A stretch of DNA of 48,997 bases from positions 1-48,997 of the forward strand of contig JBFEOQ010000001.1 of the NCBI GenBank assembly GCA_041550515.1, given 5' to 3'. The stretch comes from Thermoplasmatota archaeon. GTDB lineage: Archaea; Thermoplasmatota; E2; DHVEG-1. Below are positions 9,846-19,738 of this stretch, one piece after another. The position numbers and the translations under genes were made by a program. Each line of letters starts with the position of its first letter. Position 1 is the stretch's first letter. Below the pieces are notes generated by a model. The model ran no database searches. It was not told the DNA's origin and saw only the letters and a list, made by a program, of their open reading frames with translations.

Positions 9846-11003
9846 TTATACCTCTAAAACTATTCGTTGTTCACATAGTTTAACAATATATTTTAACTCA
9901 TCTTGATCTACTATTCTTCCCTTACGTCCCACTAATTTTACCTCATCTAAAACCCTTTTTATAAGATCTTTATCAGCATTTATACCAAGTTGTTTTATAG
10001 CATATTTAACTGAAGAAAAACCAGACATATGATCAAGACATACTTCGGTTTTACGATCTATAATATCTGGATTTAAACTTTGATAATGTAATGGATTAAT
10101 CATAGCTGCGTGTGTATGTATACCTGCACAATGTGTAAAAGCATTTTTTCCAATAATTGGAAAATTTACTGGTACTGAAACATTTGCAAATCTACTGACA
10201 AGTGAATATAGATCAGGTAGTACTTTTAAATTCCAATTGTTTTTTACATTGAAATCCGCTTTCATTGTTACAAGTAGTTGGGCAAGATCTACAATTCCCG
10301 CTCTTTCTCCTAACCCCAAAACAGAGACATCAATTATATTTGCACCTGCTCTATATCCATCAATTGCATTAGCTAATGCAAATCCCCTATCATTATGACA
10401 GTGTACAGCTATTTTTGGTTTTAATCCGATTTTTTCTAGTTTTGTTTTAAATTTTGATACGTAATCATACATGTTTTGTTTTGTTCCAGGTATCATATAT
10501 CCTGTTGTGTCTGCTATACTTATTATATCTGCTCCTGCATTTATTGCTGCTGCTGAGACTTTTAATACATTTTTAAAATCAGATCTTACTGAGTCTTCTG
10601 GTGTATATCTAATAATCAAATTTGGATTTTGTTCTTTTGCATATTCTATAATATTTGTAATATTCTCAATTGCATTATCTATAGAAGTATTGAATACATC
10701 GTTTAGTCTATTGTTTGAAACACAGTAAAAAACACCTAAAAAACCTACATTACAATCCAATGCTTGATCTATATCTTTTTTTAATGATCTTGAATGTGCT
10801 CCTATTGTTGCATTAATATTCATTTGAGATAATTGTTTCACACTATGTTCTATCTCTTCATTTACTGCTGGATGGCCTGCTTCAATAAAATCAACTCCAA
10901 TTTTATCTAGCAAATTTGCAATAGCCATTTTTATATGGCTATCAAAATAAACACCAGGAGTTTGTTCGCCTTCTCTAAGTGTAGTATCTAGTATTTGGAT
11001 CAC
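9846..11003 (-). CDS. Homocitrate synthase / LeuA-family protein
   Basis: DTTLREGEQTPG, HCHNDRG, GLGERAG. No LeuA C-terminal regulatory domain. Start placed at the GTG overlapping the lysW stop (TAGTG); the track starts at 11015. Confidence 0.85.
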   Translation of the reverse strand: MIQILDTTLREGEQTPGVYFDSHIKMAIANLLDKIGVDFIEAGHPAVNEEIEHSVKQLSQMNINATIGAHSRSLKKDIDQALDCNVGFLGVFYCVSNNRLNDVFNTSIDNAIENITNIIEYAKEQNPNLIIRYTPEDSVRSDFKNVLKVSAAAINAGADIISIADTTGYMIPGTKQNMYDYVSKFKTKLEKIGLKPKIAVHCHNDRGFALANAIDGYRAGANIIDVSVLGLGERAGIVDLAQLLVTMKADFNVKNNWNLKVLPDLYSLVSRFANVSVPVNFPIIGKNAFTHCAGIHTHAAMINPLHYQSLNPDIIDRKTEVCLDHMSGFSSVKYAIKQLGINADKDLIKRVLDEVKLVGRKGRIVDQDELKYIVKLCEQRIVLEV

Positions 11004-11167
11004 TATTCGCCCCAATCTTCCTCTTCTTTAGGTGCAGCTGCAATTTTTACTGGATTTAGATTAACAATTTCCAATTCAGCTCCACAGTCGTTACATATTA
11101 TTATTTCATTCAATTCTGTGCCTTTTTTAATATTCAACTCTGCTCCGCATGTTATACATTCTATCAT
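11003..11167 (-). CDS. lysW: Amino-group carrier protein LysW (54 aa)
   Basis: Own translation: MIECITCGAELNIKKGTELNEIIICNDCGAELEIVNLNPVKIAAAPKEEEDWGE*, with two CxxC and the C-terminal EDWGE. Not in the ORF track. Confidence 0.96.
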   Translation of the reverse strand: MIECITCGAELNIKKGTELNEIIICNDCGAELEIVNLNPVKIAAAPKEEEDWGE

Positions 11168-11224
11168 TTTTCATTACCTATTTATTTTTGTGAACCGTAA
11201 AAAATAAATATTATATAAACATAA

Positions 11225-11240
11225 TGTTAATATATTAACA
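11225..11240. promoter_or_regulatory. Perfect 16-bp palindrome between divergent lysW and ACT-domain genes, candidate operator
   Basis: TGTTAATATATTAACA. The region is AT-rich, so chance is not excluded. Confidence 0.45.
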
Positions 11241-11259
11241 AAAAAATGAGGAATATGTT

Positions 11260-11934
11260 ATTTTAACTGTTAGCCATTTAGTTAAAAAAATAGTAAATTC
11301 AAGACCTTCACTTCAAGAAGCTTTAATCGAAGGAATAGTAAACTATGTAAATTTAGCTAGTAAACTCCAACCAGAAATACAAGCAGAATTAGGTGAAACA
11401 ATTCAAAAATCAGCTATTATGATGGCATTGAGACGTTATGGTGAACAAATACAAAAGAAAACCATAGTAAAATATCAATTCAAAATGAGTCATGAAATTA
11501 TTATGAAAACAAATCTATGTGATATATGTATTGTTAAAACACCATCAGCCCTAGACAAAATCAAGCAAATACATCAGATAGTCGATTATGAAAAAGGTGA
11601 AACCCTAAATGTAATACAAGGTAACTATGAAATAACTATTGTAATTTCTCAAAAATATTTAGATAGTTTAAAAGAAATCCTAATAAGCGAAAAAATACTA
11701 AATATACAAAAAAATCTAGTTTCTCTAACAATAGGTTTAAGCAAAGAATTTCTATCTACACCAGGGATCCTAGCTTTAGCAACAAGAAAACTTTCATGGA
11801 ACAACATCAACATATTTGAAAGCATATCTACGATGACCGAATTAATATTTATAGTAGCTGAAAAAGATGCGGTAAAAGCATACAATACATTCCAGGAAAT
11901 GATTCAGAACCATATAGAATATTATCAACATTAA
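11260..11934 (+). CDS. ACT-domain amino-acid-binding protein, putative regulator
   Basis: C-terminal ACT-like TPGILA...NINIFESISTMTELIF. The frame extends upstream of ATG 11419 (ILTVSHLVKKIVNSRPSLQEALIEGIVNY...MMALRRY) to an ATT at 11260 preceded by GAGG. Confidence 0.75.
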   Translation: MLTVSHLVKKIVNSRPSLQEALIEGIVNYVNLASKLQPEIQAELGETIQKSAIMMALRRYGEQIQKKTIVKYQFKMSHEIIMKTNLCDICIVKTPSALDKIKQIHQIVDYEKGETLNVIQGNYEITIVISQKYLDSLKEILISEKILNIQKNLVSLTIGLSKEFLSTPGILALATRKLSWNNINIFESISTMTELIFIVAEKDAVKAYNTFQEMIQNHIEYYQH

Positions 11935-11955
11935 TTCGGCTATTTAATTTAAATT

Positions 11956-12027
11956 GCGGATATGATCTAGTGGTTATGATATTGGCTTCCCAAGCCAATA
12001 ACCCGGGTTCAAATCCCGGTATCCGCA
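11956..12027 (+). tRNA. tRNA-Gly(CCC)
   Basis: Acceptor stem GCGGATA/TATCCGC, anticodon arm TTGGC-TTCCCAA-GCCAA, T arm CCGGG-TTCAAAT-CCCGG, discriminator A. No intron and no encoded CCA. Confidence 0.97.
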
Positions 12028-12074
12028 CCTAACTGTTTTGGCTTACTTACCATTTCAATGAATGTAAAATGATA

Positions 12075-13427
12075 TCACATATTTTTAATCCAAACTCCGA
12101 TATCTAAAATAACTTCCTCAGCCACATGACCTTCAATTAGATACTCAGAGTTATTAGGAACACCAGTTCCCGAGATAAAGAAATGATTTAAAAATTGATA
12201 AGTGAAAAGCGTAACAGATGATCTTTTACTAAATGTATTATTCCATCGAGCAAAATCCATCATAGTGACTTGATAATCCCGTTTACCTTGAAGTATTAAC
12301 ATAGGAATACGTGATGATTGTGCAGCCACTACAGGATCATATGTTGAAAGATAAACCCAATATGATTTAGGTGCACCAAGAACTAATTCGCTTTTATTGA
12401 TATCAAGATTTTTTATTTTTTCAACCGAATCCTTAATTGACGCGATCTGATTAGATTGATTAATGCCACTTAAGTTCGCAAGATACTGTGTCTGCTCCAA
12501 TATAAGATCTTCAAGAGAACGAGTCGGTCCAGCCAATATAATCAAACCAGCAATACGATTATCTTGGAGTGCTATCTGTGGAGCTAACATCCCCCCTAAA
12601 CTATGACCAAGTACAAAAATCTCTGAATTATTCACAACCAAAGAATTATTCAATAAATCCACTCCAGCTAACGCATCATCAATGGTTTCATCCTCCACAG
12701 TGAAATTTTCAATAGCTGCCGATTCATTAGGATATTGCTTAGTACGTTTTTCATAACGCAATACAACTATACCTTGTGATGCTAGACCCCATGCAATATC
12801 TTTAAAAGGTTTATTTGGACCATAGGTTTCATCACGATCATTCGGTCCAGAACCATGTACAAGTATAACCGCAGGAAAAGGTCCATTACCATTTGGAATA
12901 GTTAAAGTACCAGGAAACATCCATTTTCCTGAACCTATGACTACTTCTTCCTCATTAAATAAACTAAGATTTACATAGGAGGGGGGAGTATATTGAAACT
13001 CTTCTTGTATAGGAACAACCAGTAAGCTAACAACTTTCCTTTCAGAATTAAATAATATTTTCACATCAAGGGTATCAACCTCTGAAAAATTACATGTTAC
13101 ATAAACGACGGAATAACCAGATTCATTTGACATTCGTGTTTGTACAATTCCTATAATAGTACCATGAGAAGGAATAACTTGTTCTTCCCATATGCTAGCA
13201 AATTCTTCAGCAGTAATTTGTGATGAAATTGAAGAATCAAAAAAGCTATAAACACCAGAAAAATTATTTTTCATTAATAAGGTAATAATATCAATAGCTA
13301 ACTCCTCAATTGTTTTAACTGGTTGCTGCTGTTGCGGTTGTTCTTCTAAGCATCCAGATAATATAATCCCTAGTACAATTATTATAGCTATAAAGCACTT
13401 TATTTGTCTCATAATTCTCATCTTCAA
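12075..13427 (-). CDS. Lipoprotein alpha/beta hydrolase (esterase/peptidase) with N-terminal DUF3887-like domain
   Basis: Signal peptide with ILSGC lipobox, VHGSGPNDRD, GHSLGG nucleophile, GKRDYQV, LNH. Confidence 0.85.
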   Translation of the reverse strand: MKMRIMRQIKCFIAIIIVLGIILSGCLEEQPQQQQPVKTIEELAIDIITLLMKNNFSGVYSFFDSSISSQITAEEFASIWEEQVIPSHGTIIGIVQTRMSNESGYSVVYVTCNFSEVDTLDVKILFNSERKVVSLLVVPIQEEFQYTPPSYVNLSLFNEEEVVIGSGKWMFPGTLTIPNGNGPFPAVILVHGSGPNDRDETYGPNKPFKDIAWGLASQGIVVLRYEKRTKQYPNESAAIENFTVEDETIDDALAGVDLLNNSLVVNNSEIFVLGHSLGGMLAPQIALQDNRIAGLIILAGPTRSLEDLILEQTQYLANLSGINQSNQIASIKDSVEKIKNLDINKSELVLGAPKSYWVYLSTYDPVVAAQSSRIPMLILQGKRDYQVTMMDFARWNNTFSKRSSVTLFTYQFLNHFFISGTGVPNNSEYLIEGHVAEEVILDIGVWIKNM

Positions 13428-13563
13428 TATTATATTATCAATATAAAGTAGAATAATCTATTATTCAATAAATTTTCTTTATATTATAATGATATTTTTT
13501 ACGTGTCAAATTTAAATCATAGGTAGATAATTTATAGTAATGCTTGTAATATCATATTGAAAA

Positions 13564-14730
13564 ATGAAGCTAAAACAACAACCTAGTGATTTTTTTGTCG
13601 AAGAGATTACAAATATTTTAGTTACAAAATTTAAAAAAGCATATTCAATATTTATAATGGAAAAAACAGAGTTAGATACGTTTGACGCAGTATATAAAAT
13701 TTCAAAAAAAATAAAAGTACCTCTTTTTGAGATTGGATATGCAGGTTTAAAAGACAAGCATGCAATAACTAAACAATATATTTCAATTCCAACAAAATAT
13801 AATGTTGAAAAAATTATTTTAAATAAATTAAGTTTAAAATTTGTAGGTTATAGTAATAAAAAAATTAAAATCGGTGATCTAAAAGGAAACAAATTTAGTA
13901 TAACTATTAGAGATATTAGACATAATAAAATCGATAAAATCAATGATAAAATAAAAAGCATCAATTCATGCGGTTTACCAAATTATTTTGATTCACAACG
14001 TTTCGGTAGCGTCTTTAAAAATGAGTTTATCGGAAAAAATTTAATAAAAAAAAAATATGAAAAAGCAGTAAAAATTTTTTTAACTAAATATCTTAAAACA
14101 GAAAATAAAAATATAAAAAATGAAAAAAGAAATATACAAATAAATTGGTCTAAACTAGAAAATATAACTGTGAATAATAAAATCTTTGCTAATGTAATAA
14201 AAGAATATCTTAAAACAAAAAATTGGATTAGTGCTTATAAAAAGATACCGAAAAATCTTAGAGAAATGCATGTAAATGCATATCTGAGCTATCTTTGGAA
14301 TGAATGTATAAAAGAAATTTTAAGAACTTGTGTAAATGGAAAAAAAATCTATTCAGTTAAATATGCTGTTGGATTATTGTATTTTTATAAAAACTTAAGT
14401 AAAGAGGAACTAGATAAGATTCCATTCGAATTTCCTACACTAAATGAAAAAGTGAATCTTTCTAAATTTGAAAATAAAATTGTTACAAAAGTCCTATATA
14501 AAGAAAATATTACTATCCAAGATTTAGATATCAAGACAACGACAGGAATTTATTTAAAAACACGTAAACGTCAAGTTATAATAAAACCTGAAAAATTTAC
14601 CACATATTCTATAACAGATGACAAACTAAATACGTTTAATGGAAAACCTCAACGAAAAATTACATTATCGTTTTCTTTACCAAAAGGTAGCTATGCAACA
14701 ATAATAACAAAAAAAATATTTAATAAATAA
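13564..14730 (+). CDS. truD: tRNA pseudouridine(13) synthase
   Basis: SDFFVEEI, GYAGLKDKHAITKQ, GNKFSITIR, PNYFDSQRFG, LPKGSYAT. Confidence 0.93.
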   Translation: MKLKQQPSDFFVEEITNILVTKFKKAYSIFIMEKTELDTFDAVYKISKKIKVPLFEIGYAGLKDKHAITKQYISIPTKYNVEKIILNKLSLKFVGYSNKKIKIGDLKGNKFSITIRDIRHNKIDKINDKIKSINSCGLPNYFDSQRFGSVFKNEFIGKNLIKKKYEKAVKIFLTKYLKTENKNIKNEKRNIQINWSKLENITVNNKIFANVIKEYLKTKNWISAYKKIPKNLREMHVNAYLSYLWNECIKEILRTCVNGKKIYSVKYAVGLLYFYKNLSKEELDKIPFEFPTLNEKVNLSKFENKIVTKVLYKENITIQDLDIKTTTGIYLKTRKRQVIIKPEKFTTYSITDDKLNTFNGKPQRKITLSFSLPKGSYATIITKKIFNK

Positions 14731-14762
14731 TGACAATCAAGAAATTATTTAAAAAAATAAAA

Positions 14763-15317
14763 TTATAAAGGTGTCTCTCTTAAATCAAGAATATAATTAA
14801 TATTTGCAATACAAGCTGCTGATAAATAAGCTTTTTTTCCAAGGGAAACTTTTTTTGCATATCTTAAAACAAATTTTTCTTCTTTTTTAGGAAGTCCTAC
14901 ATGATCACCTAAAACAAAAATAGGATTTAAACCTAAATCAATAGTTTTAATATCTTCACCAGATTCCTCAAGGACAAACACATTTCTTTTATCTTTAATC
15001 AATCTCTGTAAACTATTTTTCTTAATACAAATACCAGGATGGCTATCTCCAGATAAAACCTTACGAATAATACCTTCCCATGTATCTTCATCTGTTCTTA
15101 CATTTCTTAGAGTTGCCCCATCAACTACAAGCTCTAAAGGGGGTTTTGGAGCGCCATTAAGAATACCATGAAATACAACATCTTTTCTAATGCCATGTGA
15201 ACGAAAAAGTGCCATTAGAATACATTGATAAATTAAATCTAACCTACCTCCATCCCGAAGATTCTTAAACTTTGATGAAGTCTTTCCAGTTCTTGAATAG
15301 ACAACAAATTCACGCAT
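14763..15317 (-). CDS. trmY: tRNA (pseudouridine54-N1)-methyltransferase (SPOUT)
   Basis: MREFVV, GGRLDL, SHGIRKDV, FVLGDHVG, SLG. Confidence 0.85.
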   Translation of the reverse strand: MREFVVYSRTGKTSSKFKNLRDGGRLDLIYQCILMALFRSHGIRKDVVFHGILNGAPKPPLELVVDGATLRNVRTDEDTWEGIIRKVLSGDSHPGICIKKNSLQRLIKDKRNVFVLEESGEDIKTIDLGLNPIFVLGDHVGLPKKEEKFVLRYAKKVSLGKKAYLSAACIANINYILDLRETPL

Positions 15318-15451
15318 AAAAAAAAAGAATAATAAAACTATATATTGAATTTAGGGTTATATAATTTAAAAAAAAAATTAAAATATAAAAAATTGTGTAA
15401 TAATAAATTTAGCTAAATTTTTAATAATGAAACAAGATTATCTTTGGAAAT

Positions 15452-15670
15452 TTGGGGATAAAAAATTTGAAACAAAAAACAACTATAAAGATTGGAGATA
15501 GAATAGAACTCCTAGAAATTACTGATACTATGACAAAATTACAGAAAGGATCAAAAGGAACAGTAACTAAAATTGAAGAAGATCAAGACTTAATATGGGT
15601 AAACTGGGATAACGGGGAAAAACTTGCACTTCTTACAGATGTTGATAAATTTAAATTAATAAAAAAATAA
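15452..15670 (+). CDS. Small SH3-like DUF4314-type protein
   Basis: GDRIEL...GSKGTV...IWVNWDNG..LAL..D.F pattern. Confidence 0.65.
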   Translation: MGIKNLKQKTTIKIGDRIELLEITDTMTKLQKGSKGTVTKIEEDQDLIWVNWDNGEKLALLTDVDKFKLIKK

Positions 15671-15687
15671 AAAATAATTCTAGTAAT

Positions 15688-16401
15688 ATGAAAAGAAATT
15701 TATTATTAATTAGTAACTCGACACTTCATGGAAGTGGATACCTTGACCACTGTGAAAGTGAAATACTAAAATTTCTAAAAAAAAACAGCGAGATTTTATT
15801 TATACCGTATGCACGACCCAGTGGTATCTCACATTCAGCATATACAAAAATAGCATACAAACGATATAAAAAAATGGGTTTTGAATTAACAGGTATACAT
15901 ACATATAAAAACCATAAAAAAGCTATTAAAAACGCAGAGGTAATTTTTATTGGTGGCGGTAATACTTTTGTTTTGTTAAATGATTTGTATAAAAACGATA
16001 TTTTAAATATTATCCGTAAAAAAGTTAGTAAAGGTATGAAATATATTGGAACAAGTGCTGGTTCAAATGTTGCTTGTAAGAGCATCAAAACTACCAATGA
16101 TATGCCTATTATCCATCCACCATCATTCAAAGCACTAAACCTCGTGCCATTTAATATAAATCCTCATTACATTGAACCACCTCCTGATAGTAAACATATG
16201 GGTGAAACTAGGGAAACAAGAATCAAGGAATTTCATTTTTATAACAAAGATTATGTTATAGGTTTACGTGAAGGTGCAATGCTTCATGTTAATGATAATA
16301 AAATTATTTTGAAAGGAACTACTAGTGCAAAAGTATTTAAAAAAGGAGTTGAAGCAAAAGAATATAAACCTGGTGATTCATTGAGTTTTTTATTAAAATG
16401 A
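15688..16401 (+). CDS. pepE: Dipeptidase E (peptidase S51)
   Basis: LLLISNST, IGGGNTF, GTSAG, TTNDMPI, INPHY, GETRETRI. Confidence 0.93.
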   Translation: MKRNLLLISNSTLHGSGYLDHCESEILKFLKKNSEILFIPYARPSGISHSAYTKIAYKRYKKMGFELTGIHTYKNHKKAIKNAEVIFIGGGNTFVLLNDLYKNDILNIIRKKVSKGMKYIGTSAGSNVACKSIKTTNDMPIIHPPSFKALNLVPFNINPHYIEPPPDSKHMGETRETRIKEFHFYNKDYVIGLREGAMLHVNDNKIILKGTTSAKVFKKGVEAKEYKPGDSLSFLLK

Positions 16402-16561
16402 TAGCCTCATTTTTATAACTTATAAGGATGTAAAGTTTTTTTAAAAAATTTAATTTATTAATTATTAAAATATATCATTTATTAAATTACAAATATTATA
16501 AAATTTGTTTAAAACGATTATTTTATATAATTATAATTTAATATTAAATTTGAGTAACATA

Positions 16562-18541
16562 ATGTCAGATAGAGAAAACTTTAAATCATTTATACCCTCG
16601 GAATCTAGTCTCCCTGAACTAACACTAAAAGCAATATTAGTAGGGGCATTACTTGCAATAATCTTAGGATCGGCAAACGCTTATTTTGGGCTTTATGCAG
16701 GGATGACTGTATCTGCTGCCATACCCGGGGCAGTAATGGCATTTGCACTACTTAAACCATTAAAAGGAACAATACTAGAGGTAAACATAGGAATGATGGG
16801 TGCTGCTGCAGGAACAGCATTAGCTGCAGGAGTTATTTTTACAATACCAGCTATGTTATTTCTAGGAACATGGGCAGAAATTCACTATATTGAAACAACA
16901 ATTATCGCAGCATTAGGGGGAATTTTAGGTGTGCTCTGGATGGTATCATTAAGAAGAGCGCTTATAATTAAAACAGATTTACCATTCCCCGAAGGTGTTG
17001 CTGTTGCAGCAGTACTAACAACAACAGTAGGAGATGAAAAAAAGAAAAAAGATTCTCATGGAGTTACAGGAATATGGCTGTTAATGGGTGCAGTAATTGG
17101 TGCTATCTTAAAATTTGGACAGGTAGGATTAAAAGCAATAGAAGGAAAAATAGAAATATTAACAAGTATCGGAAAATACAACATTGGTGGAGGAGAAAAT
17201 AATGCATACCTTTATGGTGGACTTGCAACATCCCCCGCACTACTTGGTGTAGGATGGATAATAGGACCTAGAATAGCATCATTTGTCTTTATAGGAGGAT
17301 TACTAGGTTGGGTAATAATAACACCACTAATGTTACTTGCAATTGGAATGCCAGTAGAAGTAAATAATCCTCTTGACGGATTTTTCTACATATGGAGCCA
17401 TTATGTTAAATATATCGGTGTAGGTGCAATGCTTGTTGGAGGTTTATACACAATATTCAAACTAAGAAATAACCTTGCTGATGGAATTAAAGAAGCAATT
17501 ACAGGAATAAAAAGTGGACATACAGCTACAAAAATACGAACTGATAAAGATTTAAATCCAAAATTTGTTTTCATTATGATTGGCTTACTAACAATTCCAG
17601 TCTTCCTTGTATATTTATGGATCTCACAAAACCTCCTTGTATCAGGAATAATGGCTGTTTTTGCAATACTTTTTGCATTCATAGCATCAGCAATCGCAGG
17701 ATATATGGCTGGGTTAGTGGGCTCATCAAATAATCCAACATCTGGAGTGACCGTATCAATACTACTAATAACATCATTGATATTACTTGGACTAGGTTTC
17801 TCAGGGACCTCATCATTTGGAGTTGCATTATTAATCGCGGCAGTAATAGCATGTTGCGCAGCAATATCAGGTGATGTATTACAATCTATGACTGCAGGAC
17901 AGATGATTGGAGCAACTCCTTGGAAACAACAACTAGCAGAACTAATTGGAATATGTGCAGCAGCACCAATTCTTGCATTTGTAGTTCAAGCGCTTCATAA
18001 AGCATATGTTATTGGAAGTCCTAATCTTCCAGCACCTCAAGCAGGACTCATGGCAGGAGTAGTACAAGGAATATTAGGTGGAGAGATGGTATGGCCTTTT
18101 GTAATAGCTGGTATGATACTTGCATTTGTATTAATACTAATAGATATACCAGTATTACCTGTAGCAATAGGGGTATATTTACCTTTTACACTTGCAACAC
18201 CGATATTTTGTGGAGGATTAATAAGACATATTACAAACAAAAAAATCACAAAACGATATGGAACAGAAGAGGAAGAAATAAGCGAATGGGAATTGGCAAT
18301 AAAGCAAACAGAGGTGAAACCTAAAGAAAACATAATTAGAACAGGTTTACTTTTTACAGCAGGTCTTATAGCAGGCGAAGCACTTACTGGAGTTATTGTT
18401 GCATTTATAATAATAAGTGGACTTAATATCGTATTATATGAAATTCCACCAGTCTGGCCTGGGTTTTTACTATGGTTATTTATTGCATTACTTGTATTTT
18501 ATATACCATTAAGACGTATATTTAACGAAGAAAAAACATAG
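16562..18541 (+). CDS. OPT-family oligopeptide transporter
   Basis: PELTLKA, LPFPEG, GSSNNP, GATPWKQ, LPAPQA and many TM helices. ATG 16562 preferred over the track's TTG 16505. Confidence 0.92.
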   Translation: MSDRENFKSFIPSESSLPELTLKAILVGALLAIILGSANAYFGLYAGMTVSAAIPGAVMAFALLKPLKGTILEVNIGMMGAAAGTALAAGVIFTIPAMLFLGTWAEIHYIETTIIAALGGILGVLWMVSLRRALIIKTDLPFPEGVAVAAVLTTTVGDEKKKKDSHGVTGIWLLMGAVIGAILKFGQVGLKAIEGKIEILTSIGKYNIGGGENNAYLYGGLATSPALLGVGWIIGPRIASFVFIGGLLGWVIITPLMLLAIGMPVEVNNPLDGFFYIWSHYVKYIGVGAMLVGGLYTIFKLRNNLADGIKEAITGIKSGHTATKIRTDKDLNPKFVFIMIGLLTIPVFLVYLWISQNLLVSGIMAVFAILFAFIASAIAGYMAGLVGSSNNPTSGVTVSILLITSLILLGLGFSGTSSFGVALLIAAVIACCAAISGDVLQSMTAGQMIGATPWKQQLAELIGICAAAPILAFVVQALHKAYVIGSPNLPAPQAGLMAGVVQGILGGEMVWPFVIAGMILAFVLILIDIPVLPVAIGVYLPFTLATPIFCGGLIRHITNKKITKRYGTEEEEISEWELAIKQTEVKPKENIIRTGLLFTAGLIAGEALTGVIVAFIIISGLNIVLYEIPPVWPGFLLWLFIALLVFYIPLRRIFNEEKT

Positions 18542-18609
18542 AAAATAAAAATTAAGATAATATCATAGTTTTTGAAATTTTAAAAAATTTATAATTTATT
18601 TATATAAAG

Positions 18610-19632
18610 TCAAAAAAGAGTTTTTTGTTTCATCATATTCTTGAGATTTACAAATTTTATAAGTGTTTGTTCAACTCTCTCCCTTTTAAAATGATGTTCA
18701 TCGCAAAGAATCTTTATGACTTTTTCATTATTAATTCCAGACCATTGTAACTTATATTTATCTGTTATTTTTGGTTTTAAAAATATTTTTCTTATTTCAT
18801 CTATTTCATTAAGATTAGGTAGATTTTTTGAGTCTATTACAGAAAGAGCTTTTTCTATTCTACTATTTTTTTTAATAAGTTGAAGACTTTTTTTAGGACC
18901 TATTCCATGAACACCATCATTAAAATCAGTACCAATTAGTATTGCCATATCTACAAGTTGTTCATGATTAATACCCAAGTTTTTTAGATTTGATTTCAGA
19001 TTAATTTGTTTTGGATAAATGGTCAAATAGGCTTTTTTACCAGGAAGTTTCCTTCTATCACTAGAAGTAAGGTTTTTAACAAGTATAGGAGCACCTACCA
19101 AAAGACAATCATAATCCTGAGAACCAACAGCATATGCATCTCCTTTTTTTACCATATAGCTAGCTTGAGCTTCTCCCTCCATCGGAGCTTGAATCCAAGG
19201 AATACCTAAAGCATTAAGTAAATCTTTACTCTGTTGTACCATTTTATCTGTTAGTCTTGAAGTTTGTTGAGCTTTTAATCTCGCAGTTTTAAAATCTCCT
19301 TCTTTTATTGCTTCAAGGTATTCTTTTTCTGCTAATTCTTTTCTTTTTTGTCTTTCTTCTAGTGTTTTCGCTTTTAAGGGATGTGGTTTTCCATCAAAAG
19401 AATATACAGGGCGGACATGTGCTTCAACGAGGTTTGCGGTTCTTTGAAATAATCCGGATAGATGTGATGTAATTTCTCCCTTACTATTTTTAAGTGGTGT
19501 TCCATCCCGCTGTCGTATACTTGCAAGAAATTGATGAAGTACATTATATGCATCTATTACCACAATTCTATCATGAAGATCTTCAAAACTAATTTTTTCT
19601 TCTGTGAAAAGTTCACCTATTTTAACTCCCAT
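18610..19632 (-). CDS. fen: Flap endonuclease 1
   Basis: MGVKI, QFLASIRQRDGTPL, EGEAQA, SQDYD, GTDFN, C-terminal PIP box QKTLF. Confidence 0.96.
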   Translation of the reverse strand: MGVKIGELFTEEKISFEDLHDRIVVIDAYNVLHQFLASIRQRDGTPLKNSKGEITSHLSGLFQRTANLVEAHVRPVYSFDGKPHPLKAKTLEERQKRKELAEKEYLEAIKEGDFKTARLKAQQTSRLTDKMVQQSKDLLNALGIPWIQAPMEGEAQASYMVKKGDAYAVGSQDYDCLLVGAPILVKNLTSSDRRKLPGKKAYLTIYPKQINLKSNLKNLGINHEQLVDMAILIGTDFNDGVHGIGPKKSLQLIKKNSRIEKALSVIDSKNLPNLNEIDEIRKIFLKPKITDKYKLQWSGINNEKVIKILCDEHHFKRERVEQTLIKFVNLKNMMKQKTLF

Positions 19633-19738
19633 TTTTTCAACATTTATATAAAAAATTTGTTTATAAAATATTGGACAAACACTTTTTTATAGAAAATTAA
19701 TATAAAATAATTATATATTCAAGACTTAGAAATACCAA

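Noticed and set aside
10995-11207. Track ORF on + strand (70 aa)
   Set aside because: It is the antisense shadow of lysW, which has the diagnostic EDWGE terminus.
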